Shown piece after piece: positions 50,701 to 62,650 of a stretch of 64,000 nucleotides of DNA (the first letter of the stretch is position 1; every line of letters starts with the position of its first letter). A program made the position numbers and the translations under genes. The stretch lies in assembly GCA_965113315.1 (NCBI GenBank), contig OZ220367.1; one strand, 5' to 3'. The stretch is from Podarcis vaucheri (taxonomy: Eukaryota). The notes below the pieces were generated by a model, which made no database searches, was not told where the DNA came from, and was given only the letters and a program-made list of their open reading frames with translations.

Positions 50701-51736
50701 ACCTTGCTGTTTCATACGGAGGTCCGGTGGTTATCGCGTGGCAAGGTCTTGGTTCGTGTGTATGAGCTGCGGGAGGAACTTAAAGTGTTTCTGACAAATG
50801 AGAGGACAGATTACGCAAAACTGCTTGCAAGTGATGAGTGGTGTGCAAGGCTGGCATACCTGGCAGATATATTTCATCATCTGAATGAACTGAACACACA
50901 AATGCAAGGCCGAAATGAAAACCTGCTTACAAGTACAGATAAAATAAATGGATTCCGTTCAAAGGTGCAACTCTGGCATCAACACGTGGAAAGTGGCAAT
51001 CTTGAAATGTTCACACTCACCAAGCAATGGCAAGGTGTTCACACTGCTGCACTGTGTGAGATAATAGTTAAACATTTAAAAACTCTCGAGGGGAAGTTGT
51101 CATTTTATTTCTCTTCAGTCTCCACTGAATGCCTTGACTGGGTTAGGGACCCTTATAGCTCAGCATCAGTTGGTGGAAAGGACATGACTTTACAGGAGCA
51201 GGAGGAACTAACTGAACTGAGACAAAATCGTGGTTTCAAGCTAAGATTTGCTGATCTACCTTTGGACAGTTTTTGGTTGGAAACTGCCAAGGAGTTCCCC
51301 CTTCTGGCAAACAAAGCTATTTTGACATTGCTCCCATTTTCCACTACATATCTCTGTGAGTTGAGCTTTTCAAGCATGATTGCTATAAAAACTAATTACA
51401 GAGAGAGACTGAGAGCTGTTGACGAAGAGCTACGTGTGTGTCTTTCTTCGATTCCAGCCAGAATATCAGCTTTGTGTTCAGCCAAACAGGCCCAGGTTGC
51501 GCACTGAATAAAGTATTTTATAATTTTTCATATTTCTGTTTACTTACTATTTCATAATAAAGTAATTATAAAATACTTTCTTTGTGTTTATTTGATTCCT
51601 ATTAAAGAGAATTACTTTATATATAGTCAATATAGGCACAGAGTTAATTTTTTAAACATTTTCTAATGGTGGTGTGCCTCGAGATTTTTTTCATGAAACA
51701 AGTGTGCCTTTGCCCAAAAAAGGTTGGGAAACACTG
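47756..51736 (+). mobile_element. Composite autonomous hAT (Buster/Charlie-like) DNA transposon, 3,981 bp
   Basis: Left TIR CAGTGTTTTTCAACC, right TIR GGTTGGGAAACACTG; 8-bp TSD CTCTAAGC at 47748-47755 and 51737-51744 with central TA; second left end at 49245; GTGTGCC subterminal repeats at both outer ends. Confidence 0.93.
49624..51507 (+). CDS. Intact hAT Buster-family transposase (ZBED5/ZBED8/SCAND3-like), about 627 aa (frame open from 49480, 675 aa)
   Basis: BED finger (CMVC...HLQTKH), catalytic D (LDESTD), D (CTDGA), CxxH (HCFLH), W (VRWLS), E (YLCELSFS); Kozak-like GTGATGG at 49624; AATAAA overlapping the stop. Confidence 0.93.
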   Translation: MDKFLKRKELDSEQNLEPDESPRMSGDEKKAKMVSSSKFSGTRQYSESYISFGFTFTGDANQPTPLCMVCGEKLANNSAMVPSKLKRHLQTKHPSLQNKNADYFVRLRENTEKQATFMRKTTKVNERALKASYHVAELIAKSKKSHTVAETLILPACKAIVEEMLGPEAAKEIAKVPLSDNTISRRINDMSADIESVVLEKIHISEKFALQLDESTDISGHAQLLANVRFVDGDAIRENFFFCKALPEKTTGEEIFRVTSEYLEQGGLKWENCTSVCTDGAAAMVGHTKGFVSRVKERNPDVIVTHCFLHREALVAKTLPADLVHVLDDVVRMVNFVKSRPVKSRIFAALCEEMGAKHKTLLFHTEVRWLSRGKVLVRVYELREELKVFLTNERTDYAKLLASDEWCARLAYLADIFHHLNELNTQMQGRNENLLTSTDKINGFRSKVQLWHQHVESGNLEMFTLTKQWQGVHTAALCEIIVKHLKTLEGKLSFYFSSVSTECLDWVRDPYSSASVGGKDMTLQEQEELTELRQNRGFKLRFADLPLDSFWLETAKEFPLLANKAILTLLPFSTTYLCELSFSSMIAIKTNYRERLRAVDEELRVCLSSIPARISALCSAKQAQVAH

Positions 51737-52177
51737 CTCTAAGCATCTGTGTGAAGGACTTTTCGATTTCACCCACTGTTGCCTCCAACTCTACCATTTC
51801 ATGTTCCTGTTCTGGCAATCCTTTTTCCATATGGAGCTTTGAAATCTTTGTGTCCTCTTTTCACCTTCACCCAGACCTGGGAAATGGATCACAGCTTGTC
51901 TGCCTACTTGGCCAATGGCAGGTGGGCTGTGATCTCTGCCCCTGGCTTCACTCTGGTCCTCATCCGCCCCATGGGTTTACTTATGTAACATAGAGTTAAA
52001 GTCGTAGTGATTACTTTATTTTCCAAGTAAACACACAAAAGGCAAGTTATAACTGATCAGTGGTCAAGTTCGCTGACAGGGCTTAGCAAGCAAGTGTTGA
52101 CAAGTGAGTATGTCGTACATTGTCAGGAAGTCCAGCATGCATCAGCAGGAATATGTTGCGTGTAATGACTTGTTTAT

Positions 52178-52516
52178 GGGACACGGGTGGCGCTGTGGAT
52201 TAAACCACAGAGCCTAAGGCTTGCCGATCAGAAGGTCGGCAGTTCGAATTCCCACCACGGGGTGAGCTCCCATTGCTCGGTCCCTGCTTCTGCCAACCTA
52301 GCAGTTCGAAAGCACGAAGTGCAAGTAGATAAATAAGTACCGCTCTGGCGGGAAGGTAAACGGCGTTTCCGTGCGCTGTTCTGGTTCACCAGAAGGGGCT
52401 TAGTTATGCTGGCCACTTGACCAGGAAGCTGTATGCTGGCTCCCTCGGCCCATAGAGCAAGATGAGCGCCAGAGTCAGCCACGACTGGACCTAATGGTCA
52501 GGGGTCCCTTTACCTT
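52178..52516 (+). mobile_element. Sauria SINE
   Basis: Full head and tail; TSD TAATGACTTGTTTA. Confidence 0.9.
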
Positions 52517-54852
52517 TAATGACTTGTTTACAATATAATACTATAAATAGGCAACACACATGAAATCTAATTTAGATTGTTTCTGAATTGTGTGACAAGC
52601 AGTTAACAGTAGTGCAAGTGCAATAATTTTTTTAAAAAAAATCATATTTGATACCTTCTATCTTTACGGATTACAGATCACATACAAATTGTATTGTTGT
52701 TGTTTCAATAAAATAGCAATTTACGCTTGAGTGTTTTTATACATTTTCTTACACATCTACTATGGTATCCTTCCCCCAAGACACATCCTAACTATGGAAA
52801 GCTCTGCAAAACAAAATCTGTTACAGTGTGGTCCCATCTCATGTGAGGGTTCTGCCCCAGAAGCAGTACGTACGTATTTGCAAAACCACACATAGCCAAA
52901 AACTGCTGGCTCTCAAGGGAGGGAACCACGACACAGAGGCCCTCCCCATGTCTCCACTTCCCTCCTGCATGCACAGTAGCAGCATTGAGAGGACCATAGC
53001 AGATTTATTTTCCTCTTTTCTGAGTTGCCACAGCAAGGAGAAGAGAGCAGGGAGTTGCAACCAGCCTCCTACAGCTGCGAGATGAGCAGGGAAGCAGCGC
53101 AAGGCAGACAGAGGGGAAAAGAAATCTGGCTCCCTTGGCTGCAGTAAGGAGAAGAGAAGCGTGTAGAAGCTACAGCTCCACTGCAGATCCATGGTGTCGA
53201 GCTCAGTGCAAAGAAAAGAATACAAGTTATGGGGCCTCAAACATCCAGATAACTAATCAGGTCTGTGTGCACACTGGCAAGGCTATCCAGATAACGGGCA
53301 GTAGGGGCACCACCTGGCTAAACCCTCACCACCCATTCAAGGAAAGTACTAAAGCCCTTGAAGGCTGAACAGGAGGCAGAGCAGCTCATGAGCATAGCTC
53401 TCAACAGTATTGACCTTGAAACGGGACATCCAACAGGTTCCTGGCTCGTGGGTGCACAGGCAGCACCTGAGAGGCTGGCTTGATGTCACCTTTTGCCAGC
53501 AGCACACCCCTTCTGAACCGCACAACCCCCACTGCCTCCTCAAAGGGTATGTATTTCACAGAGACCATTTCCTGTGCAACCCCGTCCCCTTAGGAAATGA
53601 AACAATATGAATGAGGTGTATTCCTCAGGCAGGAGGGAGGAAAAGGGTCCAGAGATCCTCTCCTATTAAGGTAAGGACCCTGGCTTTGGTCCCTTATACA
53701 TGGGGCACCAAGAGGGCACCAAACACAGCCCTGCTTCAGTAGTGGGAACAACATTCCCTAGGCAGTCTCGATACATCCACATGACCATGCACTGTCTATC
53801 ACATTTGAATAATTTAGTAATATTTATTTCTGCTTTCAGTAAGCAAAAGCAGCTGCATATTAACCGCATCTGTATGAATACAGAGACTGAAAAGCATCGA
53901 TGACAAATGCAAATATTCAAACATTTCCAAACTGGAGTTCCAGGCATGCAAGTTGCAATGGCGTGTGGAAATAATATAATAACAATGAAATGATTTTCTT
54001 GATAGCTTATTTGTTCTAATAATGTGGTAAGACATTGAATAGATGGCGCTCTAATAGGAAGATTAGGAGTTTATAATTAGGCTGTGCGTTCTCATGTTGC
54101 TCAAGATAGGATAGTTACTTCATATTCAGTTAAAATGTACTAATAGCCTACTTCTGGAGAAAATATTGCCTTGTTTAGCATATCTAGGACATTATTTTGA
54201 TTCCCCAACATAAACATAGTGGTTGTTTTAAAAAGAGCAGCAGGCTGTTTATACTGGCCGAATCTGACAATATAATTGATGTTTCACATTTTGGGCTCAA
54301 TAAATCATCTTCAAAATGTTGCCGGTAAGATTGGGAAAATGAGAAACAGAACCTGAAATTGATAGGTTTATCTATCTCTCCCTGTGCCATCCCCAGGTTC
54401 CTGACTGGGCACAATTCAAGGTTTTCTGCCCTTTTGGCAATGTGCTAGATTCCTTGGCTAAGGAGCAGAACCACTTGCTGTGCTAAGGTGATACCAACCT
54501 CTAAGTTTTGATTACTTACATCACCTGCCTTTCTGTGCCTTCCATTAACTGTGTATTGCCTGCTGTGCCTTAGATTAGCAATTTCCATATGCAGCCCACC
54601 AATCTCAACATTAAAGGCTTTGGAAAGAATCCACCTTTGAGTTCTTGTTCTTTTGCAACTGGCAGCCAGGACTTTAACTCAGAACTTGAGATCCTGGCCA
54701 CGCGTGGACCTCCCCCCACTTTCTCAAACAAGCCTGGAGTTTTTTATCCTGATTTTGGGGAGCGGGGAGTGCTTGACCAAATAACAACTACGAGCTGGTT
54801 CTTCCTCTAATATCCAGCAGATGGTGCTGGCATAACATAACTCAGGTGATTT

Positions 54853-55001
54853 AAAATAAAAAAATTCCTTCCAGTAGCACCTTAAAGACCAACTAAGTTA
54901 GTTCTTGGTATGAGCTTTCGTGTGCATGCACACTTCTTCAGATACACTGAAGGAATTCTTTTATTTTGACTATGGCAGACCAACACGGCTACCTATCTGT
55001 A
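54853..55001 (-). mobile_element. Short Penelope-like insertion
   Basis: Same motif, reversed; TSD TCAGGTGATTTA. Confidence 0.7.
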
Positions 55002-55424
55002 TCAGGTGATTTATTTTTTTAAAAGGGCAGGCTCCGCCTTCTTTCAAAATCCACAAACCCCAAAGACTCTGTTTTCCTAGAATATAAAGGTTAAGCTGTT
55101 GTCAGTGGGAAAAACCCAGCTGAAAGCTTCAGCTGTCAGTGCAGATTAAAAATGTCTAAAATCTAGGCTACTTGAGGTAAAGTGCAAGGTAGTGCACAAA
55201 CCTATAGGGTAACTGGCACTTTTAAAAGTGTGTTCTTGCCAGTAAATAAAACAGAAATAAAGTAAAAGCTTTTCAGTAGCATTACTAAGAGTGCTGACCA
55301 TCCAGGTTTCCCTGTTTTCCAGAGACAGTCCCAGATTTACAGAAGCCACCCCAGTTTCTGATTTGATCCCAGAATGTCCCGCTTTCCCCTATTTCCATCA
55401 GAGTTTGGTTTTTCTCGATGTTAC

Positions 55425-55975
55425 AGGGTGTGGAGTTATGTGACCCCCGAGCCAAGGAGATAAGTAACTATACAACCTTTAGAAGACATCCGAAGGCAGC
55501 CCTGTATAGGGAAGTTTCTTTTCATGTGTAATGTTTTATTATGTTTTTATATATGTTGGAAGCCACCCAGAGTGGCTGGGACAACCCAGTCAGATGCATG
55601 GGGTATAAATAATAAAGTTGTTGAATAGGATATCCCTATTCCACTGGACACTGAGGTCCAGCGCCAAGGGCCTCCTGGCGGTTCCCTCACTGCGAGAAGC
55701 CAAGTTACTGGGAACCAGACAGAGGGCCTTCTTGGTAGTGGCACCCACCCTGTGGAACGCCCTCCCACCAGATGTCAAAGAGAAAAACAACTACCAAAGT
55801 TTTAGAAGACTTCTAAAGGCAGCCCTGTTTAGGGAAGCTTTTAATGTTTAATAGGTTATTGTATTTTAGTGTTTGTTGGAAGCCGCCCAGAGTAGCTGGG
55901 GAAACCCAGCCAGATGGGCGGGGTATAAATAATAAATTATTATTATTGTTGTTGTTGTTGTTGTTACTATTATTT
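55425..55975 (+). mobile_element. Two tandem L2 3' fragments inside a MITE-like host
   Basis: Similar to the 23074 L2; TTA/TTG tails. Confidence 0.75.
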
Positions 55976-56103
55976 TCATCAGAGAAAAGTTGGAGGGTAT
56001 GTGAGTGTATAAAACAGGACTCTCAGGAAGAAAAGCAAGCTGATTGAATTTGAGCCACGCCTCCTGGCTCAAATTGGCTCCTACAGAAGCTAGGGTGAAT
56101 TAT

Positions 56104-56454
56104 AAAGGCAAAGGGACCTCTGACCATTAGGTCCAGTCGTGACCGACTCTGGGGTTGTGGTGCTCATCTCACTTTATTGGCCGAGGGAGCCGGCATACAG
56201 CTTCCGGGTTATGTGGCCAGCATGACTAAGCCGCTTCTGGCGAACCAGAGCAGCGCACGGAAACACCGTTTACCTTCCCGCCGGAGCGGTACCTATTTAT
56301 CTACTTGCACTTTGATGTGCTTTCGAACTGCTAGGTGGGCAGGAGCTGGGATTGAGCAATGGGAGCTCACCCCGTCGCGGGGATTTGAACCGCCGACCTT
56401 CTGATCGGCAAGTCCTAGGCTCTGTGGTTTAACCCACAGCGCCACCCGCGTCCC
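56104..56454 (-). mobile_element. Sauria SINE
   Basis: Full head and tail; TSD TAGGGTGAATTA. Confidence 0.9.
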
Positions 56455-56837
56455 TATAGGGTGAATTAGCCAGGCATATAAATTTGGAGGCATCTGCACC
56501 GAGAGCTAGGAGGAGCCCCAGCTGACAGAGCTTCTTGGCACCAGCCGACAGTGCGTAAAGCGGGGCAAGCAGTTGTGCGAGTTTGGTAGCAGGGCAAGGA
56601 GGTCAGGGCACCCCTCCTTTCTTTGACATCGAGAAAAACCAAACCCTCAATAAAGTCAGTTATACTACAAAAGCAGTCGTGCAGGTAGAAAGCCAGCAGG
56701 GGAGTGGGGACTTTCCAGTGTTTTGCATTGTCAGTCACCAGTTGAACTATCATCTTTTTGGCAAACTCCACAGCTGTGCTTAAGAGACAGCGAGTGCCAC
56801 ACTCTCCGGGAACAAGCTTGTTTGCTTGGGGGCTTGG

Positions 56838-57961
56838 CATTGTCAGATTCACGTATAAGCTAAGCAAGCTATAGCTTAGGGCTCCGCTCTCTTGGGGGTC
56901 CCAAAAAATTTAAAGGGGAAAAATCCTGGATGTACATTTCCAAAATATAAGATAAAAAACAAATAAAATAAAACCTACATACGGCAACAGTGTTTTGTGT
57001 TCCTATGATGTGTGGTAAACAAAAATTGCCCTTTTCCCTTATGGGGTATCCAAGAGCCCATATAGAGTCCTTACATAGGTTCCCTATTGGTAGGAGAAAA
57101 TAACAGAGGCCAGCCAGAGAATATTGAGAAGCAAAGCAGCTAGTAAGCTTGATCTTTATTGATATGTTGCAACAGGGTGCTCCCCTCAACCGCAGGAAAG
57201 GAGGAGGACTCAGAAAAATGGTGTGCAAGGCCTTATAAAGACTTTTGAAATTGCCACCCTGTAGATCAAGACCACCCCCCAGAAACTTCATACATACATC
57301 ACAGAAGGAGTGTAACCTAAGACCACCCCCCAGATACATCATACCTACATCACAGAAAAGGCTGTCTAAAACAGAACATTTGAATGCTGTTTTTCTCCTA
57401 TCGTTGTTTATTTCCTGTATGGCAGGTTACTTGATTGGATTTCCTGGGTAGCCTGGCTAGTCTTTTGTAGTGATAAATACTTAGTTCCTAGGTCACAGGC
57501 TCACACCCTATTCAAACACAGACAGACCCTTAAGACAGGATTTGTGAAGGAAAAGACAATGGGGAGGCTTTTCCACTTTGACCATGCAGAGAAACATTTG
57601 CTCAGTTTAGGAATCAAAATGGCTTCAGGTCGGTCTTCCTGTGCTGATCTATGTACGTGCAGTTATGAACATTACCATATATCTAAGACCTCAAAATTCC
57701 TATCACAGATGTAAGTAGTGGGCCCCGCCTGCTAGCCTGCTCCCTAAAATATCACTGGTTTGCTCATTTCTATATACAGGGTGCCTACATTCTGCATGTG
57801 CAAATAGCTTTAGATACCTGTTAGGTCCATAAATTACCATATAGCATACATTCAACACAAAAAACAGTGACAATTTGCTGTTGACAAAGGATAGCTGGAC
57901 ATATAAAGGGCCCCATTACCTTCAGTAGCTTAGGGCCTCGCCATACCTAAATCCAGCGCTG
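56838..57961. mobile_element. Non-autonomous hAT element carrying an LTR insertion
   Basis: 8-bp TSD GGGCTTGG; degenerate TIRs. Confidence 0.7.
57011..57707 (-). mobile_element. Solo LTR, 697 bp (4-bp TSD, ERV1-like)
   Basis: TG...CA ends, TSD GATG, minus-strand AATAAA and TATAA, short internal direct repeat. Confidence 0.75.
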
Positions 57962-58637
57962 GGGCTTGGTGCCAATCCTGGGAAAGCTAACACAGGTGTT
58001 GAGAAGGCAGGTGATTAACCCTGACCTGTCTGCTCCACCCCACCGACTGCTGCTGAAGATGGGAAGGTTGACTTCCATATCCCTGACAGCTTTTTCTCTC
58101 CCCCCCCCAAAAAAAAATCAGTGGAGAGTAGGCTTAGTGATTTTACACACAAATTATTCTTACATTTTTTTTTTTTTAAGTTGTTTGGGCATAAACAGAC
58201 ATTGAGACTTCTGTTGTGAAGGCCTCCAGCATTTTTAAGCAAAGATGGTGCTGGATTTTTCAAAATACCATGATCAAATAAACAATATGGTATGAATATG
58301 GTATGTTGGAGGACGACGACAAGGTGTTGACGGATGAGGAGGATGAGGAGTTAGCAGATGTTCATGGCACTTTTGGCAGGAGAGGGATAGAAACAAATTA
58401 TTACTCAGGCTTCATGGTAACAGAGACCCTAATTCAAGAAACATTGCATAGCTTTCTATGGCTTTAAATGTTCTGAAGGAAAGCAGTTCGGATTTGAGCC
58501 CTTGGCCGTGATCCTCAGATACTTATGAGATGTTTCATGTAACTCAGGCAACAGTAAATAAAAAAATTAGTATAATGACAGAGGCATCAAATTTGTAAAT
58601 GTATCTGCATCTATTGTGAATGATGAATGGGAAAGTA

Positions 58638-59089
58638 TCGTATTTTTCGCCCCATACGGCGCACCTAGTTTTTTGGGGGGGAAATAAAGGGGAAAAAATT
58701 ATTTCTCCCCCAGGCGTGGGGCTGGGGCGGGGGAAGCCTGAGCTTCCCCCGACCCCAGCCCCCAGAACAGGCTGCTCTCTGCAAGCTGTGGGAGCCCTCC
58801 CGCGGCTTGCGCAGAGCTACCCGAAGCCTGGGCGCGACTGCTCAGCACGCCCAGGCTTCGGGGTGCAGGCAGCTCTCCGCAAGCCGTGGGAGCCCGGCGG
58901 GAACTCCCGCGGGCTCCCAAGGCTTGCGGACAGCTTCCTGAAGCCTGGAGAGCGAGAGGGGTCGGTGCGCACCGACCCCTCTCGCTCTCCAGGCTTCAGC
59001 GAAAGCCTGCATTCGCCCCATAGGACACACACACATTTCCCCTTCATTCTTGGAGGGGAAAAAGTGTGTCCCATAGGGCGAAAATACGG
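58638..59089. mobile_element. pogo/Tc-like MITE with GC-rich palindromic interior
   Basis: TA|TCGTATTTTTCGCCCCATA...TAGGGCGAAAATACGG|TA. Confidence 0.8.
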
Positions 59090-59345
59090 TACATCATAAA
59101 CTATCGTGTCTGCGGGTACCCTTCTATTCTGCCTTGGTCAGACCGCACCTGGAGTCCTGTGTTCAGTTCTGGGCGCCACAATTTAAAAAGGATATGGACA
59201 AGCTGGAACATGTGCAGATGAGGATGACCGCCGAGATGGTCAAGGGTCTGGAAACCAAGCCTTATGAGGAACGGTTGAAGGAGCTGCGTAAGTTTAGCCT
59301 AGAAAAGAGGAGACTGGGAGGAGATATGATGGTCATCTTCAATTA

Positions 59346-59604
59346 CAGTCATACCTCCGGTTGCGAACGTGATCTGTGCGGTTGGCATGTTCGCAACCCG
59401 CAGCGTTTGTAGCCTCAAGCGCCGAGTCTGCATGCGCGTGACGTGATTCGGCACGTCTGCGCATGCACGTGATGTCATTTTGCGCTTCTACGCATGTGTG
59501 AGCACCGAAACCCAGAAGTAACCCGTTCCAGTACTTCCGGGTTCTGCGCTGTTCACAACCCGAAAACGAGCAACCCACAGCATTCGTAATCTGAGGTATG
59601 ACCG
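59346..59604. mobile_element. Tigger/mariner-like MITE inside CR1
   Basis: TA|CAGTCATACCTC...GAGGTATGACCG|TA. Confidence 0.8.
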
Positions 59605-59811
59605 TATCTCAAGCTCTGTCACATGGAAGAAGGAGCAAGCTTGTTTTCTCCTGCTCTGGAGGGTAGGAACTAAACTTAATGGCTTTAAAAGAAAGGAATT
59701 TTTTTCTGATGATAAGAGTTGTTTGACAGTAGAACGGACTCCATTGGAAGGTATTAGATTCCTTTCTTGGAGGTTTTTAAGCAGAGGTTGGATATCATCT
59801 GTCATGGATGC

Positions 59812-60069
59812 TGTTATGTACTGAAGTTCTCACCCTGGGCCAGCAGGGGGATACTGTAGATAGTTCAGGTCCACATATGCAAATAATGGATTGAAAGTGA
59901 CGTTCAGTGATTGGATAGTGACAGAAAATGGTTACTGTTGCGTTCTAGTGGAGCTCTACTTAAGCAGGCTGGCTGAACCCTTCAGTTCAGTTCTGTTCTG
60001 GCCTGTGAATAAACAAGAGCTGTTTGAAGAATCACTGTGTCGTCTGATATGTTCACCCACAACTTAACA
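59812..60069 (+). mobile_element. Solo LTR, 258 bp
   Basis: TGTT...AACA ends, TSD GATGC, ATGCAAAT, ATTGG, AATAAA. Confidence 0.85.
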
Positions 60070-61208
60070 GATGCTTTAGTTGAGATTCCTGCCTTGCAAA
60101 AGGTTGGACCAAATGATCTTAGGGGTCACTTCCAACTCTACAATTCTAATACTATTCTTATGTAAAATTGAGCTTTTTTTTGTTCATTTGCAAATAAAAG
60201 ACAAGTCTCCACTTCTGTGGTACTCTACTAGTTTAGAGCTGTTTTCAGTGTTTTTATTGCAAGTACACAGATGGTGATATTTGATTTCCTGTCAGATTTA
60301 ATGAACACGAGACAGGAGGAATAAGAACATTTGTTTGTTCAGCAAAGTTCATTTTGTGGCTTTTGATTCACAAAGTGCTTACCGTTGTGTTGCTGTTTTA
60401 TTTGTACAATGTGGTTATATGTTTAACCAAATACAGATGTTAATCATGAGAAATTTTGCAAATTACAGATTGCTAGGTCTCTGTAGCGGGGTTACTCAAT
60501 AATTTTTAATGATACTGTATATTTTGTTTTGTGTATTTCATTGTTGTACACCACCTAGAAATGTGAGCAGGACAGGTGGTATATAAATATCCCTAAAGAA
60601 ATATATGCAGTGCCCACAACAAAACATCATTGAACAATACTTTCCTTTTTTAAGCCCCTCAGCTGCAAAAAAAACTGTGTCTCCCAGTTGCCTGGCAGTG
60701 ACACAGCAGGCAAAGTCAATGTTTTTTGAACCCTTAGCCCTTGCCCAGTTGAAAAGAAAGGCCCTGTTAAAATTAGATGCTGAGCAGGTCCTTGGGAGCA
60801 TTTTTCCTAATGTTTAACTGTAAACTAAGAGGACGGTGATGTTGAAGCAATTGCTTCTTATTCTGCTCTCCCTGGACCAGGTAAGCAATAGTTTGTTTTT
60901 CTTTCTTTTTTCAAATCTGCTTTGCAATTATTATTACTGAAAACCATTGTTCCTAAATTTTCTTTAGGGGTAATGCACAGTGGGTCAACCTTTCTTTCCT
61001 TTTATTCCTTTTGCACAGGAGAGGCTCTTTTCCCACCACCATGGCTACTCCAAGAGATGCAAATTAATGGATACATAACAAGAAAAGTACTATGGAATAA
61101 TATCTCAGTACAGGATCACAGCTGAGAGACTCTTATATGGACAAAGACAGAAACATTTATTATTGTGTAAGATGGAGGAATGCTTGTTGACTTTTTTTTT
61201 AAAGTATT

Positions 61209-61450
61209 TGTTAAGTTGTGGGTGAACATATCAGATGACACAGCGATTCTTCAAACAGCTCTTGTTCATTCAGAGGCCGGAATAGAACTGAACTGAAGGG
61301 CTCAGTCAGCCTGCTTATATAGAGCTCCAGTACAACGTTACTGTAGCAACTTTCTAAAACTATCCAATCACTGAACATCACTTTCGATCCTTCATTTGCA
61401 TAACTATCTACAGTATCCCCCTGCTGGCCCAGGGTGAGAACTTCAGTACA
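61209..61450 (-). mobile_element. Solo LTR, 242 bp, same family as 59812, inverted
   Basis: TG...CA ends, TSD GTATT, reverse-complement similarity to the 59812 copy. Confidence 0.85.
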
Positions 61451-61937
61451 GTATTTATGCATTTTTTATAATTTGATACATCCACTTTCCAGTTATCTTC
61501 ATTTATCCTACATTCTTCGGCTCCCCCGCACCTACCTCTTAATTAATCCTTGGCTGTGCTGCATTTCCTTAATTACCACCCCTCTTCATGGTTGTTGAAG
61601 TTATTGGAGGCAAAGTTGAGATGTTTGATTAGAGAAAAACCATTGCTGACATTTATTATAATAATTAGAGAACCCCTTTTGAAAACGAACAAATTTGAGA
61701 CATTTGGCTCTGAAGATTGAGAAAATATTGCTTAAACAGAAAACAGAACAGTAGGATGTCACCCTAGACTGGATGTTTTGAATAATTTTATTTACGTAAC
61801 TGACAGAGGGAAAATCAGAAGTCCTCTATTTTTCTTTCTTTTCTTTCCCCCCTTTTCTTTCTCCTTTCTTTTCTTTTCCTTTTCTTATTTTTCTTTTTAT
61901 TTGGTGTCCTCTGCTTTGGGTTTATTGGGGTCCAAGG

Positions 61938-61940
<3 letters not shown>

Positions 61941-61978
<38 letters not shown>
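61941..61978. repeat. (AC)n microsatellite
   Basis: Seen directly. Confidence 0.95.
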
Positions 61979-61980
<2 letters not shown>

Positions 61981-62424
61981 AGTGGATGGTTGCTGGCCGA
62001 ACTCTTAAGTGAGAGACAGGGCAGGAAAGACCATCCAAGGTGAGAGAATGAGAGAAGAAAAGAAATCTCCCAGGTGAGAACTGGGAGGGTCTCCCACTTT
62101 CTGAGCCCGGCTTCGGCTGGGGAAGGCGGGATATAAATAAAATTTATTATTATTATTCTGTGTGAGACAAGGGTTAAGAGCTTCTTTTGAGAAAGGACTC
62201 TGCATTTTCTTTTCTCTTTCTTTCTTTGGTTTTGTTTTTATTTAGATTGGTTTCTTTCATCTTACTGTATTATGAAAAAGCTTTAATAAAATATTATGTG
62301 GCAAAAAGAGAAAAAACATGGAGGTCACAGCTTACAATGGTGAGGTACTTAAAAAATCAGCAGAGTGGGGGAAATGTAAACAAAGATGTAAAGAAGGGTT
62401 TAAATAAAAGCATGAAAATAACTA

Positions 62425-62650
62425 CAGTGGTACCTCGGGTTACAGACGCTTCAGGTTACATACTCCACTAACCCAGAAATAGTGCTTCAGGTTAAGAACT
62501 TTGCTTCAGGATAAGAACAGAAATCGGGCTCTGGTGGCACGGCAGCAGCAGGAGGCCCCATTAGCTAAAGTGGTGCTTCAGGTTAAGAACAGTTTCAGGT
62601 TAAGTACGGACCTCCGGAACAAATTAAGTTCTTAACCCGAGGTACCACTG
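62425..62650. mobile_element. Tigger/mariner-like MITE
   Basis: TA|CAGTGGTACCTCGGGTTA...TAACCCGAGGTACCACTG|TA, perfect TIRs. Confidence 0.87.

Larger units (their letters stand above)
59104..60150 (+). mobile_element. CR1 LINE 3' fragment interrupted by a MITE and a solo LTR
   Basis: [19 protein letters not shown]; CR1 3' end TTCCAACTCTACAATTCTA. Confidence 0.85.

Noticed and set aside
49480-51507. Domesticated host gene ZBED5/ZBED8/SCAND3
   Set aside because: Intact TIRs, a perfect TSD and interruption of another sequence indicate a transposon, so no gene symbol was assigned.
54036-54830. CTCF-like motifs (AATAGATGGCGCTC, CCAGCAGATGGTGC)
   Set aside because: Partial matches only; cannot be supported without a PWM score or ChIP data.
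58181-58635. Possible exon or decayed coding fragment (acceptor at 58180; MLEDDDKVLTDEEDEELADV...)
   Set aside because: Stops in every frame and no recognisable homology; a TBLASTX search would be needed to support it.
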